DNA of 64,000 nt from Chlorokybus atmophyticus (lineage: Eukaryota > Plantae > Mesostigma and Chlorokybus algae), in the NCBI GenBank assembly GCA_009103225.1, contig RHPI01003488.1:325448-389447 (forward strand), written 5' to 3'. Position 1 is the first letter of the stretch; each line of letters starts with the position of its first letter. The notes beneath the pieces were generated by a model, which had not been told where the DNA came from, made no database searches, and saw nothing but the letters and a program-made list of their open reading frames with translations. The position numbers and the translations under genes were made by a program. Positions 1 to 12,964 of the stretch are shown here, piece by piece.

Positions 1-67
1 CTGTGTCGTATTGGGCTATCTTTTAGTGAATAGCTCCTTGAATGGTGCTGTATCAATCTGCATTTTA
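1..67 (+). repeat. 67-bp exact direct repeat, second copy at 10729-10795; this copy runs off the window start
   Basis: The sequence ctgtgtcgtattggg...caatctgcatttta is identical at 1-67 and 10729-10795. The second copy continues as g|gtgcaacagg (intron acceptor); the first continues as C15 (68-82). Confidence 0.95.
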
Positions 68-467
68 CCCCCCCCCCCCCCCTTTGCGCCCCTGCAGCGT
101 GACGTTGCGTGGGTGTACGGATTGCATATAAAATGCAATTCATTTAGTTACAACATCCATGAAAAGCCTAAAATGTTAGCACGAAGTCCGCCATTTAATA
201 CTGCAATTAAGTATACCACGTAATATGCGAATGGTATCATCTGCAATAAATACTACAATGTATGCCATTATATCTTATGGCCCAATATTGCAAACAATGG
301 CAAATTGACACAAGTGATTAATTCATACATAAACAAAGGTTATTACTGATGCTTTTGTCCTATTGAAGTAAATACAATGCGTATGTATTAGCTAAAATGT
401 GTTGTACTGCGTATGTTTTCATAATTAATATGCTGTATTGATTTGCAATAATATCGTGGACGGCGAT

Positions 468-816
468 CGTAAGGAGGGGTGCTACTGCCCCCTTCAATCC
501 CCTACCCAAACACCGCCACCAGCCACGTCGCCAACATCGCCGCCACTAAGGGGCACTGCCGGAGCATAAGACTCCCTGGCTATGGCGGCCGCTGCGTTAG
601 CAGTGCCGCCATACAGCTAATATCGACACGAGACATGAGTCCTGGTCGATATTAGTGTTACTCATGTGTAACACTAATATAAGTAACACAATATTAGGGT
701 CTTAACACTGGGTTAACGGCCTTAATATGGCTTAATTGGCTGAATAAGTCTATTGGGACCCTTATTTAATCCTAAATAAAGGCGGGGAACCTCTATCAAG
801 GTAGCACTCCGTTACA
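468..816 (-). repeat. 3' LTR
   Basis: Ends are (c)gtaaggaggggtgctac and gtagcactccgttaca, forming short terminal inverted repeats. Homologous to 7589-7934 and abuts the PPT. Confidence 0.9.
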
Positions 817-827
817 TCCCCCCACTT
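817..827 (-). other. Polypurine tract (PPT)
   Basis: tccccccactt reads aagtgggggga on the minus strand, immediately before the LTR start tgtaac. Confidence 0.85.
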
Positions 828-852
828 AGGTTTTCATGTCCACATTGAAGGG

Positions 853-3800
853 TTAGCAAAGCCCCACTATGAGCATTGAAAACCAAAGCAGTGAGAGAAT
901 CATGGCCGAAGCGGTAAAGATGTCTGCCAAAACCCTTTTACCGTCCGCGTGTGGCACAGCACTCAAGTACCCCTGAAGAATCTCTTCGCAGTTTGTAAGA
1001 TTCTTACCGGGCTCCCACGTGTTGTGCTCAACACCATACTCTTTCCATTTCACCAAGTAAAACAGCGCGCGTCCTTGTCGAGGCTTACGGTGACTCGGGA
1101 TTGCTTCCACCTCATACTCAAAGGTATCGTCGCCATCCACTGCAACGGGGGGTGGAGGAGGTTGATTCCGACCGTCAAAACGGTACGGTAGTTCAGTACA
1201 CTCACATGAAACACATTGTGTATACGTATCGACTTCGGTAAGTCCAAACGATACGCGTGAGTGCCAACCCAATCAACTATCTAAAAAGGGCCTATCCAAC
1301 GAGGGGAAAAACTTGCGGGTACCCACTCCCTTGATGGATATGTTTTGTTAACTCAAAAGCACCGAACAGCCCACATCGTAGTTGGCCTCTCTACGTTGCG
1401 CATAAGCTTGGGCTTTTTGTCTGTTTTGCGCTGCGCGCAGACATTCCGTTGCCAACGCTAACCTCTCTTGCATGGCCGAAGCCATCTCGCGCGCTGCAGG
1501 TACGCAAGTTACGTCAGTAGCGGGCAACTTGATATTCGCAGCACTTAGTGGATGCACTCTATAATTAAAAAAAAAACGGAGTTTCCTACACACTATTTTG
1601 CCACGCATTATTGATTGCGAACTCAGCCATTGGAAGTTGAACATCCCAATCACTCTCGTTCGGACTCACATAATGCCGGATGGTTTCCTTAATCAATTAA
1701 TGGGTGCGTTCTATCTGACCATCCGTCCACGGATGATAAGCTGTGCTCATGTTCCGTCAAATCTGTAAGAAGCTGCACAGCGACTTTCAAAATTCAGCTG
1801 CAAATCGCGGATCGCGATCAAACACAAGGTTGCGGGGCAAGCCATGCAACTTAAACACAGATGCGATCAAAACCATCGCTAACTCATGGGAGCCTATTTC
1901 CGTGCAACAAGGGACAATGTGAACTATTTTGGTTGAATGGTCCATAAAAACTGCAACCGCAGTGTGACCTAATGATGTCTCTAGGAGCTTGGTAATCAGG
2001 TAAATTCTCACACTTTCCCATTTGCCATCAGGAACAGGCAGTGGTCGCAGCAACCCAACATGTTTCTAATGTAGCGGCTTGTCACGCTGACATTTGTCAC
2101 ACGTGTCCACATAATGCTTTACGTCAACAGGCAACGATGGCCAACATTTCAACTGTTGCCCTGCTTTAACAGTCTTGCGACTGCTAAAGTGCCCAGCGTA
2201 CGGTATATTGTGTACATCAGCATATATGCATTTTGCACGCAACTTGGCATGGTCAGGTATCACCAAGCTGGTGCCCACGTAACAGAAATTGTCATGTTTG
2301 TCAAGCTTTTGCATGTTCTCTTCTGAGGAGAACCATGGGTTTGAAGCATACCCTTGCACAACAGCTTGCACAAATTCATTATCTGGAGACAATGTACCGC
2401 GCTTCGCAAGCAATTGCACACGCACAACTGCTAACAATGACGGGCGGCGATCCAGAGGATCAGCAACATTGGTTCTGCCCGGCCGGTATACCCACTCAAA
2501 AGTAGCGGGACAGAAACTCATTTCAGCGAGCTTGTCTACATGACAAGTTTTGCTGTGTCGAGAAGTACATCAATGGATTATGATCAGTCACCACTGTGAA
2601 CCGAACCCCCTCCAAGTAACATTGCCATGTTTCTAGAGCATGTACTATGCCAAGCAACTCTTGTTCAGTGGCAGTGTAGTTCAGCTCTGCTGAGATGAAC
2701 TTCCTACTCTCATAAGCACATTGTCTGCCATTTTATAACAGTACTGCACCACACTCAAGGGTGGACGCATTGCTAACCACAGTAAAGTGCCTCTCCCAGT
2801 TCGGCAATGCTAACACCGGAGCCGAAGTCAAAGCTAGCTTCACCTGTTGCATAGCAGCTTCTTGTTCAGCTGTCCACGAGAATGGAGCGTTTTTTCGCAG
2901 CAGTTTTGTCCACGGCACCACAAGTGTAGAATACCCCATCGTAAACTTGCCGAAGTAGTTTGCCAATGCTTAAAATGATTGCAGGTGATGTAAATTCTTA
3001 GTTGAGGCCAATCTTTAACAACTTGCACCTTGCGAGGGTCAGGTTGAACACCTGCACCGCTCACAATGTGCCCCAAAATTGGCAACTCCGTTTTGCAAAA
3101 GTCACACTTTGCAAGATTGGCAAACAAGCGATGTGTACGCAATAAGGCAAAACCGCTTCCAAGTGCTACTTATGCTCTTTCTTAGTTTTACTAAAGATAG
3201 TGATGTCATCCAAGTAAACCATAAGACACTTGCCAAGTATGCCACTAAATATCTTATTCATTTCCTTCTGAAGCACTGCGGGAGCATTAATCAGTCCGAA
3301 AGGTAACACTTTGTACTGATAATAGCCTGAAGGTGATTTAAATGCTGTTTTGTGATATCAGAAGCATGCATCCGGAATTGATGATACCACTTGTCGAGTC
3401 CAGTGTACTGAAGTACGCATTTTGTAACAGTTTATCAAACACATCATCAATCCGTGGTAACGGGTATCAATTCTGTATTGTGATCTTGTTCAAGGCACGG
3501 TAACTCACACACATGCGCAACTTTACATTCGTTTTCATCACAAACAAGATGGGCGCGCCAAAGGGTGAAGAACTCGGTTCAATAGATCCCTTCTTCAATT
3601 ATTCTTTGATCTGAGTTTCCATTTCCCCCCTCTCGCGGCACAGCCTGTATATAGGCCGAAACGGAGGCTCACTATTATGAATGAATGGTATTGTGTGTCC
3701 GACACCTCGATTAGGAGGTATCCATGGCAACTCATCGAAGAACACATCTTGATAATTCTCTATGATATCTGCAACACCTTCTGCACTGCCCGGCACAAAG

Positions 3801-4350
3801 TCGTTTGACGATGTTATCTGCACCAGAAAAGCCGGTGTGTTTTTGCGCTATGCACGTTTCACTTGCAGTGCAGTGAGTAGCGCAGGGTCGGGCTGCTTGT
3901 GCTCTAAGCTATGTGACCCTTTCATAGACAATGTTACACGCTTACGACCTTTTCACTGTGCGCAAGCGTGCGTCGGTATCATATGTCATTTCAAAAAGTT
4001 TCCTGCCAAGCCTGTCTTAATAACACATCAACACCTGATATGTTGATGGATACTACTATGAAAGTAAGAGTGGCATGATAACCAATCTTACCAATCTTTA
4101 CCTTCATTTCTATTTCCCCTTTTACTGGCAAGTAAAAGTTTGCCAAGCCCCGACCAGCAAGTAAGTAGTGGTATCGTTACAGTTTACACCCTGCATTATG
4201 CCACTAAATGTCCACAACAGGGGTACCACCCGTTTTTGAAATGTAGCCAAGAGTCCGTGATTAATGCGAGGGTTGATTAATATCCCCGACAATCGCACTG
4301 TCCCTGTTTCACGCTTGCCAAATTGCTTCAGCACAATACCCCCTCGACTA
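853..4350 (-). pseudogene. Fragmented retrotransposon pol (RT, RNase H, integrase, chromodomain)
   Basis: YLDD at 3205-3216; RT connection FSWTAEQEAAMQQVKLALTSAPVLALP; RNase H end VYRPGRTNVADPLDR; HHCC zinc finger H..PYAGHF...C.KCQ; integrase core PLPVPDGKWES..; HNVFHVS; chromodomain YEVEAI...YLVKWKEYGVEHNTWEP. The left-side motifs are firm; the right boundary (protease region) is approximate. Confidence 0.92.
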
Positions 4351-4599
4351 TGCTTTAACCATGGGCCATGATGCTTTGTCACCATCACCACCATACTTAA
4401 AGTGTTGTGCTTCTTTTGCAACTCAGTTAATGCATGCAATACATTGGTAAGCATGTTGAATTCCACATGTACCAGCACACAGCGTTCATTTCCACTTTTT
4501 CAACATCAAAAGGTGGCAACTCGTCATGTGTTTGCCATGCATGTGTGATTACATAGAACAGATACTTGGGACAGATCATCAAACCAGTTTGCTGCATGC

Positions 4600-6895
4600 A
4601 TTTCAAGCAACTAGCTATCAACCATCTCTACACCAGCGACGGCGTAATCATATTCAACCTTCTTAGCCTTGCCCTTCCCCTTAGCACGGCTGTTCTTTGC
4701 AATGTGGCCCGGCTAATGACAAACGTAACATGTGCGAGCTGCAGCCGGTGTAGCACCATCAGCAGATGTGCCACCAGTGGGAGGCGTGAATGTCTTCACC
4801 TTCTTTGCCGTGTGCGCACTCGGCTGAGGGTAATGCTTTCCTCCCACCCTCTGCGGCTTGGCCGCAGCTGCCACATGTGACTTGTCCTGCACCGCCGTGT
4901 CATCATTGTACAGATACACACTCAGCTTCTGCAGCTTGGCCAAGTCCTCAGGTACTAAAGGAAGTCCCGTTGACGTGTTGTACTCAGGCTGAATCTGATC
5001 TCGCACACGCGCATTCAAGCTCCGCTTGTACAACTCAAACTGCTCAGCCTGGTCCATGGGCATGAGGCCACTATTTGCGCGACCCACCAATGCTTGGAAC
5101 TATTGCTGATAACTTATCAGCAGTTTAAAACTGAAGCCGCCCGACCATTCTGTCGCAACTTGCTAAGCTTGTTGCGAGCCTAAGTAGCCAAGTCCATGCC
5201 ACCATGGCGCTCCACAAGGAACTGAAATAATGCCTCCACTGTCTTGGCCGCACCATCCTCTGTCTGCCTCGCCCACTCAGCGAGGGTGTCAGATGGCATG
5301 AGCAATCTAGCAACAGCAACGTGCTCACCAACTGTATAACGAATTGGTATAATAAAATTGTAACAGACCTCGCTCATGGTAGTGTCTTTTACTACCATAG
5401 CCTAGTGCTCGGGCCCCAATTGCTATAATGGTATTAGAGCGTTCGGGCGTATCTGGAGTGATGTGTCCGCACGCGGACGGTAAAAGGGTGCTGGCAGACA
5501 TCTTTACCGCTTCGACCCTAGTTGTTTTCACTCAGATTTTCAGTGCTCACGGTGGGGCCTTGCTAACCCTTCAATGAGGACATTCAAATCTACGTGGGGG
5601 GGAATGTAACGGAGTGCTACCGCTATGCGGTTCCCCGCCTTTACTTAATGAGAAATAAGGGTCCCAACGAAATAAACACAGCCATTTGAGTTGTATGAGG
5701 GCCTTTTTAGGCCCTCATAAGGTGTTATGTTATGTAACACCGATATCGACTTGAGACATGAGTCTCAAGAAAAACCGGCCGCATGACGGCGCTGCTAACG
5801 CAGCGACCGCCATAGCCAGGGGATCTTTTCAATCCCCTGACTGCCAGCGGCGGCGGCGGCGACGTTGCTGTGGTGGTGGTGGTGGGGTAGGGGATTAAAG
5901 GGGGCGGTAGCACCCCCCTTCTTACAAACTGGGCGCTTCAGTGCTGCGAAATAGTGCTCAGCATTTACCACCCAGTCATGGATGCTAACACTGCCATTGA
6001 GCTTGCGCTTCTCAGGCTTGTCCAATGTTGTAACTGGCAGCCTCGCTGATCCACCAGCTGCTTCTGAAGTAGCACCTGCAACCTTGGCGTAGCGCCACCA
6101 ACTTAGACTGCATAGCATCGAGGCGTGCCGCCAACTTCACTCGGCCGGTCATCTTGTGTTCCAAGTCAGGTCCCAAGTACCAGAACACAACCTTGCAACG
6201 TTGGGAGGTTTCCACCACCAGGTTGGCTAAAGCCTCAAATGCCATTCGCTTCCCTTGGTGAGGGAGAGGCTTGTCTTTGGCATCACCTCGCACAAGTGGC
6301 GGGATGTTGTTGGTCAATTTGTGCTCGAGCATGCGGATCACCATCTCCTTGCGCGAGGGAGTGTGGCAAAGTCTGTCTCATAGCCATCACGAACCTTCTG
6401 CGCCCATGCATCCCACGTTTTCTGACGAAGCTGTGGGTGGGCATCAAGCAGAGCCTGACGCTTTTGGGCATACTTCTCAATGGCCCCGCCAATGACATTC
6501 TGAGTGTCCACTGGTCCACCTTGAGAAGACTGGTTGAGAGAAGCATCGCTCTTTTGCGTAGCTGCATCTTTTTTGTCACTATCAGTAAGCTTATAGCTTT
6601 TACTCGTATCCGAGATTCTCACATTGTCATCACTCGATAGTCAGTATGTTGACGATGAGTCTGGAACGGCGAAGTACTTGTCACCTCCCTCTCCTTGGTC
6701 ATCCATTTGACCAAAGAAAGCCTTTAGCAAGTGCACAAACTTTGTGAATTGAATACACAGATTGTGCACCGCAAGAGTGGCAAATGCTAGTGATTTTGTC
6801 TCGTCAAGTTGTAAGGGGTTAACGTGGAGTATACAGCTTAAACAAGAGCTCTCCACACACCTCACAAATAGACAATTACACTGCGACAACCGCAC
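4600..6895 (-). pseudogene. Fragmented retrotransposon gag, interrupted at 5423-5926
   Basis: Gag-like segment LDKPEK...IHDWVVNAEHYFAAL and a zinc-knuckle start CYVCH near 4720. It lies between the PBS and pol. Boundaries are approximate. Confidence 0.7.
5423..5926 (+). mobile_element. Inverted non-autonomous TRIM-like mini-element of the same family (PBS, short internal region, PPT, single LTR)
   Basis: PBS-like tggtattagagc at 5429-5440; 5445-5604 is homologous to the reverse complement of about 817-975; PPT gtgggggggaa; LTR tgtaac...cttaca at 5605-5926; near-TSD aattg (5418-5422) / aactg (5927-5931). Confidence 0.8.
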
Positions 6896-7575
6896 GCAAA
6901 TTCACGCGACGGTTTACGAGCTATAGCTGCCCAAAGTTTTCACTTTGTACAACCCAGCTCAACTCACAATTGCAATTAACACAAGGGGTGCCAAAATGTC
7001 GTCAAATCAACCTTACAGGCCAATATTGACTACTTGGAGTGTCAAGTTTGATATCGGCCGCACAAAAACATTCTGGCGGCTTTACCGCACAATTTGGCGG
7101 TAACAGGACGGTCGATGTTACCACCGAACTGCATTCGAGGGGATCTATTAAAAAAAGATAAAACAACCTTATACCACCATTTGAATCCACGTGGTGGCAA
7201 GCACACGAGGTGATTGCAATCATTATATAATACTATGTTGTGTGCTTAGATGCAATGCTTCAGGGAGGGGCATGAATGGCCGCCTCCCTTTACACAATAA
7301 TAACCCAGACTAGGCCTGGCAGGCTAGGCTAGGCTAGGCTAGGGTAGGCATGGCATGGCATGCAGGGTTGGGCAATAGCACAGCTATACAGCTATACCAC
7401 AACAACAACTAACAACAGCCACTACCCACCCCGTGTGCCTAGGTGCCTAGGGCCTAGCTAGTAGCTAGGTAGCTAGTAGCCGCCGCCGTTGCCGCAGTCG
7501 ATGCCACCTACCGCCACTGCCGCCTACCCTTCGTCGCCGTCGCCGCCTACCCTTCCACAGAACCTTGGTGGCTTT

Positions 7576-7587
7576 GCTCCGATACCA
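7576..7587 (-). other. Primer-binding site, initiator tRNA-Met type
   Basis: The minus strand reads tggtatcggagc, 1 nt after the LTR end; the plant consensus is TGGTATCAGAGC. Confidence 0.88.
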
Positions 7588-7588
7588 A

Positions 7589-7934
7589 TGTAAGGAGGGG
7601 TGCTACCGCCCCCTCCAATCCCCTACCCCAACACCGCTACAAGCCACGTCGCCGACACCGCCGCCGCTAGGGGCCACCGCCGGAGTAGAAACTCCCCTGG
7701 CTATGGCGGTCACTGCGTTAGCATGCCGCCATACAGCTGATCGACACGACTCATGTCTTGTGTCGATGTGTTACATATAAGTAATACAGTGTTACAGATA
7801 AGTAATACAACTGTACAGCCTTAACACTAGGTTAACGGCTTTAATACAGCTTAATTAGCTGCATATACCCGTTGGGACCCTTATATAATCTTAAATTAAG
7901 ACCAGGGAACCTCTATACGTAGCACTCCGTTACA
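7589..7934 (-). repeat. 5' LTR
   Basis: tgtaaggaggggtgctac...gtagcactccgttaca, adjacent to the PBS. Confidence 0.9.
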
Positions 7935-10042
7935 TATATGTTGCTCATGAAGTGTAATGAAAAAGTGTCATGTGACGTGAGCCTTGGTCTGAGTCTGCCA
8001 GACGATATAAGTGCTAAAAGTCATATAGTGACAACTATGCGCCTTCGTTGCAATATATATTGACAATCGTCATTAATATTGTCAATGTATCTATAATGAA
8101 AATGCTCATAGCTTTTTGAGTTTGGTTACGATGGTCGGTTGAATGCAGCAATGATGATTGCTAAACAGTTGTTGCGATTGAATTTTAAAACTGAGTTGAA
8201 ATATAATTTAACGTGTTAAGCAAGTGGATAATTAAAAAAGCTTACATTTATTTTATTAACCTTAAGCCAGCTTTGACAACCATGTTTTATTGCATTGCAT
8301 GTAGCAATGTCGGTTTAACCTACTGATAAGTACATGCTATAGATTGTCACCAGTGGCCTCGCTCGTTACAGGCTGTAAGTTAGTTCATAGGCCACATAAC
8401 ATGCACCACATCAACCCCTATTGGGGAATTGGGCCTCAGTGCCACCAGGCAATCAATACATCGTCGCAAGCTATGGATCTAGCGCGCCGCTGGTCCATAG
8501 CATCCCGTTTTGGGCGCGCGGCGGTGCGATCGTTTCAAAACCTCCTATTCCCTTTCCATATTTACGACATTCCTACAAGCAAGGCTCAATCATGAACGGC
8601 GCATCCACGAAAGTTTCGGCGTCTGCAGCGCGAAAGATATGACAAATCGCGATATCTTTTTCGGAGTGTCTGACTCCGAAACTTTCCAACCTGTTTCAAC
8701 CTACCTGAGCTGACAGCGACGCCACCGAAAGCCTCGACAACCCCAAACTGACCGTGTAGCAGACCGTGTCCCACTTCATGTATAACCAAGGAGCGTTGTT
8801 GCACAAGTTTGGTGAAGTTCTTTGCCCTAATGATGTCCGATTTTTAGCTCACACTCATTGGAGTTCCATCAACATTTTGACCGTGCACAAGTTAGGGAGT
8901 TCTTTATGGGCGTTCTGACTGCGCTTGATTAGCGGTCAATCGCAGTTGGCGGCCCAAAAGGTGACTGAGTAAGCTCCAGCTTGTTATGCTTATCGCGTGC
9001 TGCTCATGTTGCTATAGAGGAGGCTGCTGCTGCTTCTGCCGCTGACATCGCCAGCCCTGTAGCTGAGCACCTCCTGTTACCATCGCCGCCTCCAACAACG
9101 TTAGGGTCACCTGGTCGGGCGCTGCCCTTGCTGTAGAAGAAGTTGCTTCCCCAGGATAGTAGGTTGTCGTGTGGTTACTGGCTGCTACCAGTGGCAGCTG
9201 ACTTGGGCGGTTGTACGGGTAAGCCTTGGCCCAGCTTGGCTTCTTGTTGTAAGGCTGTTTGTGCTGCACTTTGCTACGCCCACTTAACGAAGCAAAAACA
9301 CATAAACGATGTAGAGGAACTGCAGGCTTGACTTGTATGTTTCTTTGCTTTTGGGATGTTGTTCGTGCGTTTTTCGTGAAATGAGTCCGGTAGTCTTTCT
9401 GTCAGTTTCCGTTGCTAATGCACTACATGGGAGACACAGGCTTACACAGTTGCCGGTATATTGAAAGCTTAGGAGTTGCACAGTGTACATCGAGATTGCT
9501 GTGCGTTCCCTGCCCTCATTCCCAATTTGTCGCTGGCTGTGATGCGTGTTTTGGCACACAGTCTTGCCACAAGTTGCCACTGGCATTCTAACCTTTGAAT
9601 GTCGCTGCACATCAAGTTGGTAATGTGCGTTGGTACTGACGTGCGTCTTGAGCAGGGTTGTTGTGACGAGTGAAAGCTCGAGGACCTGGATTCTCACAGG
9701 TACGGAGCTGACACAGCTACACACACTCTTAGTAAACGCAACACTACTACCAGCATGTGCTGAGAACCACCTCTCGATACGTTCGCACGCTGCAGTTTTG
9801 GTGTGCTTGTCTTTCTTTCTTTTTTGCAAATATATCACTTAGGACAGAGTTGCAACGAGTTACATTGTTACTGCGACCTACTTGCTGACGTTGATGGGTA
9901 GTCACTCAGAACAGTCTGTTGCAGCAAGTACCAAAGTGCCTGGGCCTACTTGCTGACGTTGATGGTTTTACAGGACGCCCGCAGGCCTTGATGTGTACAC
10001 TGGTAGTGCAGCCTGGCAATCTTGTAAGGGCTTGTTGCGTAG

Positions 10043-11674
10043 GAGTACAAGTGGGCAGTTAAGCCTTCTGCAATGGACAATTCTCGCCAAGTCCAGAAAG
10101 AGGCCAGCACATTGGGACGCTCACAACCCTCTGTGCGAGCCACCTCCCAGTTGCCACCGTCTGGCGCCCATGCAACGTCAACCAGTCCAAGACTTTTAGA
10201 TACGCTCCGTCCTCCACGTCTCATGTTGCCCAGCCCTGTCCAGGTTCATACCATGTTGTGCATGTACACTGCTTGGACTGCATGCACAGTGCTTTCAATA
10301 TAGCAACAAATCACATGCATCGTTCTCATGTGCTGGTAATTGATGGGATGTAGAATGTGCGTGGGCGCGTCAGCTCTGTGTTCATTTGCCTGACAAGGAG
10401 TATGCTGCAGGTCTATGCGCAGCATCCTTGTCGCACAGAAGGTTTCACTATCAGCCGCTCAGCTGCTGCAGCTGCAGCTGCCTACGTAAAACCTCTTGAA
10501 TCCGTGTACGATGATGAGGTGCTCGCCAATTATCGTGAAGCACCTGCTGGCTCTGATGAGTCCGCAGGTCTGCCTCCACAAGAAGCCCCTTCTCGCCGTA
10601 CAGGACATCCTCCATCAGTCTCATGGACTGATGTGCCCAAAGCTAAGGTACCATTACGATCATGTCTTCCAGTTGTGACATAGTCGATGCATGGTCTGCC
10701 ACACCTGCACCAGTTACTCTGCTGCCTGCTGTGTCGTATTGGGCTATCTTTTAGTGAATAGCTCCTTGAATGGTGCTGTATCAATCTGCATTTTAGGTGC
10801 AACAGGCATCATTGAAGACTGAGAGAATTGGAGGGCTGGCGCGAGCCCTTGGGGCTGTTAGGAAGTCCTCAAGCAGCAGTCAGGTTGAGAAGAATGATAC
10901 AACTGACCACATAAACAAGCCACTTGCCGAAGTGTGCATACATGATGGCAAGCGTGTGCGAGTGCGGCGCCGGTCAATGAGTGCAGATGGACACATGCAG
11001 CAGCACGCAGAGAAGGTTGCTGCTGAACGGATTGTGCCAAGCATCAAAGAGCCAGGTCACTTGGCTCCTACACGGCTGCGTGCGTCATCAGTTGACGCTG
11101 ATATTTCTGCCCAGGTAGAAGCCTGCGTTGTTGTATATATACTATGGTAAGCGTTCACAGTGAGCCTTTATGTCGCCATTGTTGACATGTGATGCTTTGC
11201 AGGTTGAGTCCCCAACCGACATTCGCCCACACCAATCTGACCCCACAACCTCACAGTACGTGGCAATCGTTGTATTATGCTCATGACTGGTGTCTGACAT
11301 CAGACTGTTGAATTGCAGAGTGCAGGCACCAGTCACGGTTGCTCCACGAGAAGCCAGTGAGATGCTAAATGCTGGCAACGCAGAAGCTGCGCCCGGCAGC
11401 AATGAGTTGGTCGACCGCGCACAGTCTGCGAACTCTCCAAGAAGCTTATCGCAGTTGGCTGCGTATGTTCGCTGGTCAAAGCATTACCAGGTCAGTGCAA
11501 GTTGCATGCTGCTGCCACGCAGTTATGCGTATGCTCAACTACTTAGTGGGATAAACTGTGTCAAACTGTGTGCAGCAGGATGAGGCAATACACCCCACTC
11601 ATGACACCGTGGACGCGTCACAACCGTACGACAGGCCTGCTGGCGCATTGCGCTCGCAGCTGCGTGTGCGGTAG
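10043..11674 (+). CDS. Multi-exon gene of unknown function, S/P/A-rich low complexity; upstream exons unresolved
   Basis: Open exons with plausible AG/GT borders: EYKWAVKPSAMDNSRQ.., ..YVKPLESVYDDEVLANYREAP.., VQQASLKTERIGG.., ..AAYVRWSKHYQ, DEAIHPTHD..LRVR*. No domain recognised. Confidence 0.5.
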
Positions 11675-12964
11675 CATCTGCCTGGAGGCGGATGCATGTA
11701 CATAGCCCAGTTTTGGTTTTGTTTTCAAGCACAATAGAGTTGGCTTTGCACACCAGGTTCATTTGCGACTAGCGCTGTGAGCTGAAGCATATGTTGAGAC
11801 TGGCTACGTAACGAGTCGTTGAGCAGCGACATCTTACTAGTCATAATACTGTACATGCATCAGGTAGTTGTAGGCTACTCGATCAGCAATTGGGTCCGGC
11901 AGTAATTTGGTTGTTGTGCAATGTGTGATCCAGTTAACTGCACATTGTGATCTTTCGTGGTATGCGCAAGTCCGGTGTGTTGCTCAGCATGCCTGGGCAG
12001 TTTCGCGATGTTAGTGTTCCTATTCCTTTTGGAGTCTAAGATTTGACGCAACGTGTGGTGTGTCCATGCGCATGCTAGTTGTATGCAACAATATTGCAAT
12101 CACTGGATTTGGTATGTGCAGGCAGCACCGCGTGCCGACCCTATCAGTGTCGCGCATGTCCATGTATTGAGAGAGTATGCATTGCACCAAAATTCATCAC
12201 ATCTCATTATTACATACATAACCACTAGGCTTGGAATTGCGACCATGTGCCGAATGGTGCCCACTGCAACTCACATGGCATCTTTCGGAAACATATGCAA
12301 TACGACATGAGGCAGCTGCATACAGCGCCTGCAGCGCCTGCAGCAGTGCATACAGCGTGCAGCTGGAGAGCAGTATGCACGTACCCTTGATGTTTTTTTT
12401 GTACACAATACTGCACTGCATTCTCTCTTTATACACAAGCTAACCAGCAATGACTCGCATGCCGAACAGCATAGTAACAACTTACAGAGTCCCATCCCGC
12501 ATACCACCGCCACGCCTGCAGCCAAAATAGAGCGACTATTATACGTGATGGCCGTGTGGGTGCACCGAGTGAGCTTCGGAGGTTGCTTGCTGCCTGTTGC
12601 AAACTACACCACTGGCCACCTATATACACTTGTCGTAGTCAGCACACACTCTGCACGTGCACGCTGCTATTGATGGTTTGCAACGCATGCAGCCGATGAA
12701 GCCATCCTGAGGCGCCGGTGTTGACAAAGACTTTGGGCGGCACCATCATGTGGGTGTACCCCTTGTCAGCAATAATCATTTTCTGCCAAACAACAAAACA
12801 TTGTCAAGAAAACAAAAAAAACAGCACGATGAAGCAGCAGCCGCACTCATGAGGTTTAGGAATGATGAGCATATTCTGTGCATATTGAAGCCTTTGGAAT
12901 GCTGAACACGTTTGTGATGTGTACCTGTGCTGTCTAGACATGTTGGCATGCGGAGGACTGGGCT

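Larger units (their letters stand above)
468..7934 (-). mobile_element. Degenerate Ty3/gypsy chromovirus LTR retrotransposon
   Basis: On the minus strand the order is LTR, PBS, gag, RT, RNase H, integrase, chromodomain, PPT, LTR. There are many stops and frameshifts. The two LTRs are homologous but clearly diverged and the flanks (gcgat / tatat) do not form a TSD, so the element is old or chimeric. Confidence 0.9.

Noticed and set aside
8586-8804. IHEVGH, an HExxH-like metalloprotease motif in a minus-strand ORF
   Set aside because: Short isolated ORF in decayed sequence with no supporting motifs or exon structure; expected by chance.
12690-12790. IIADKGY, resembling an IS5/Harbinger transposase motif
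   Set aside because: No other catalytic residues, TIRs or TSD were found. It may be an unplaced host exon.
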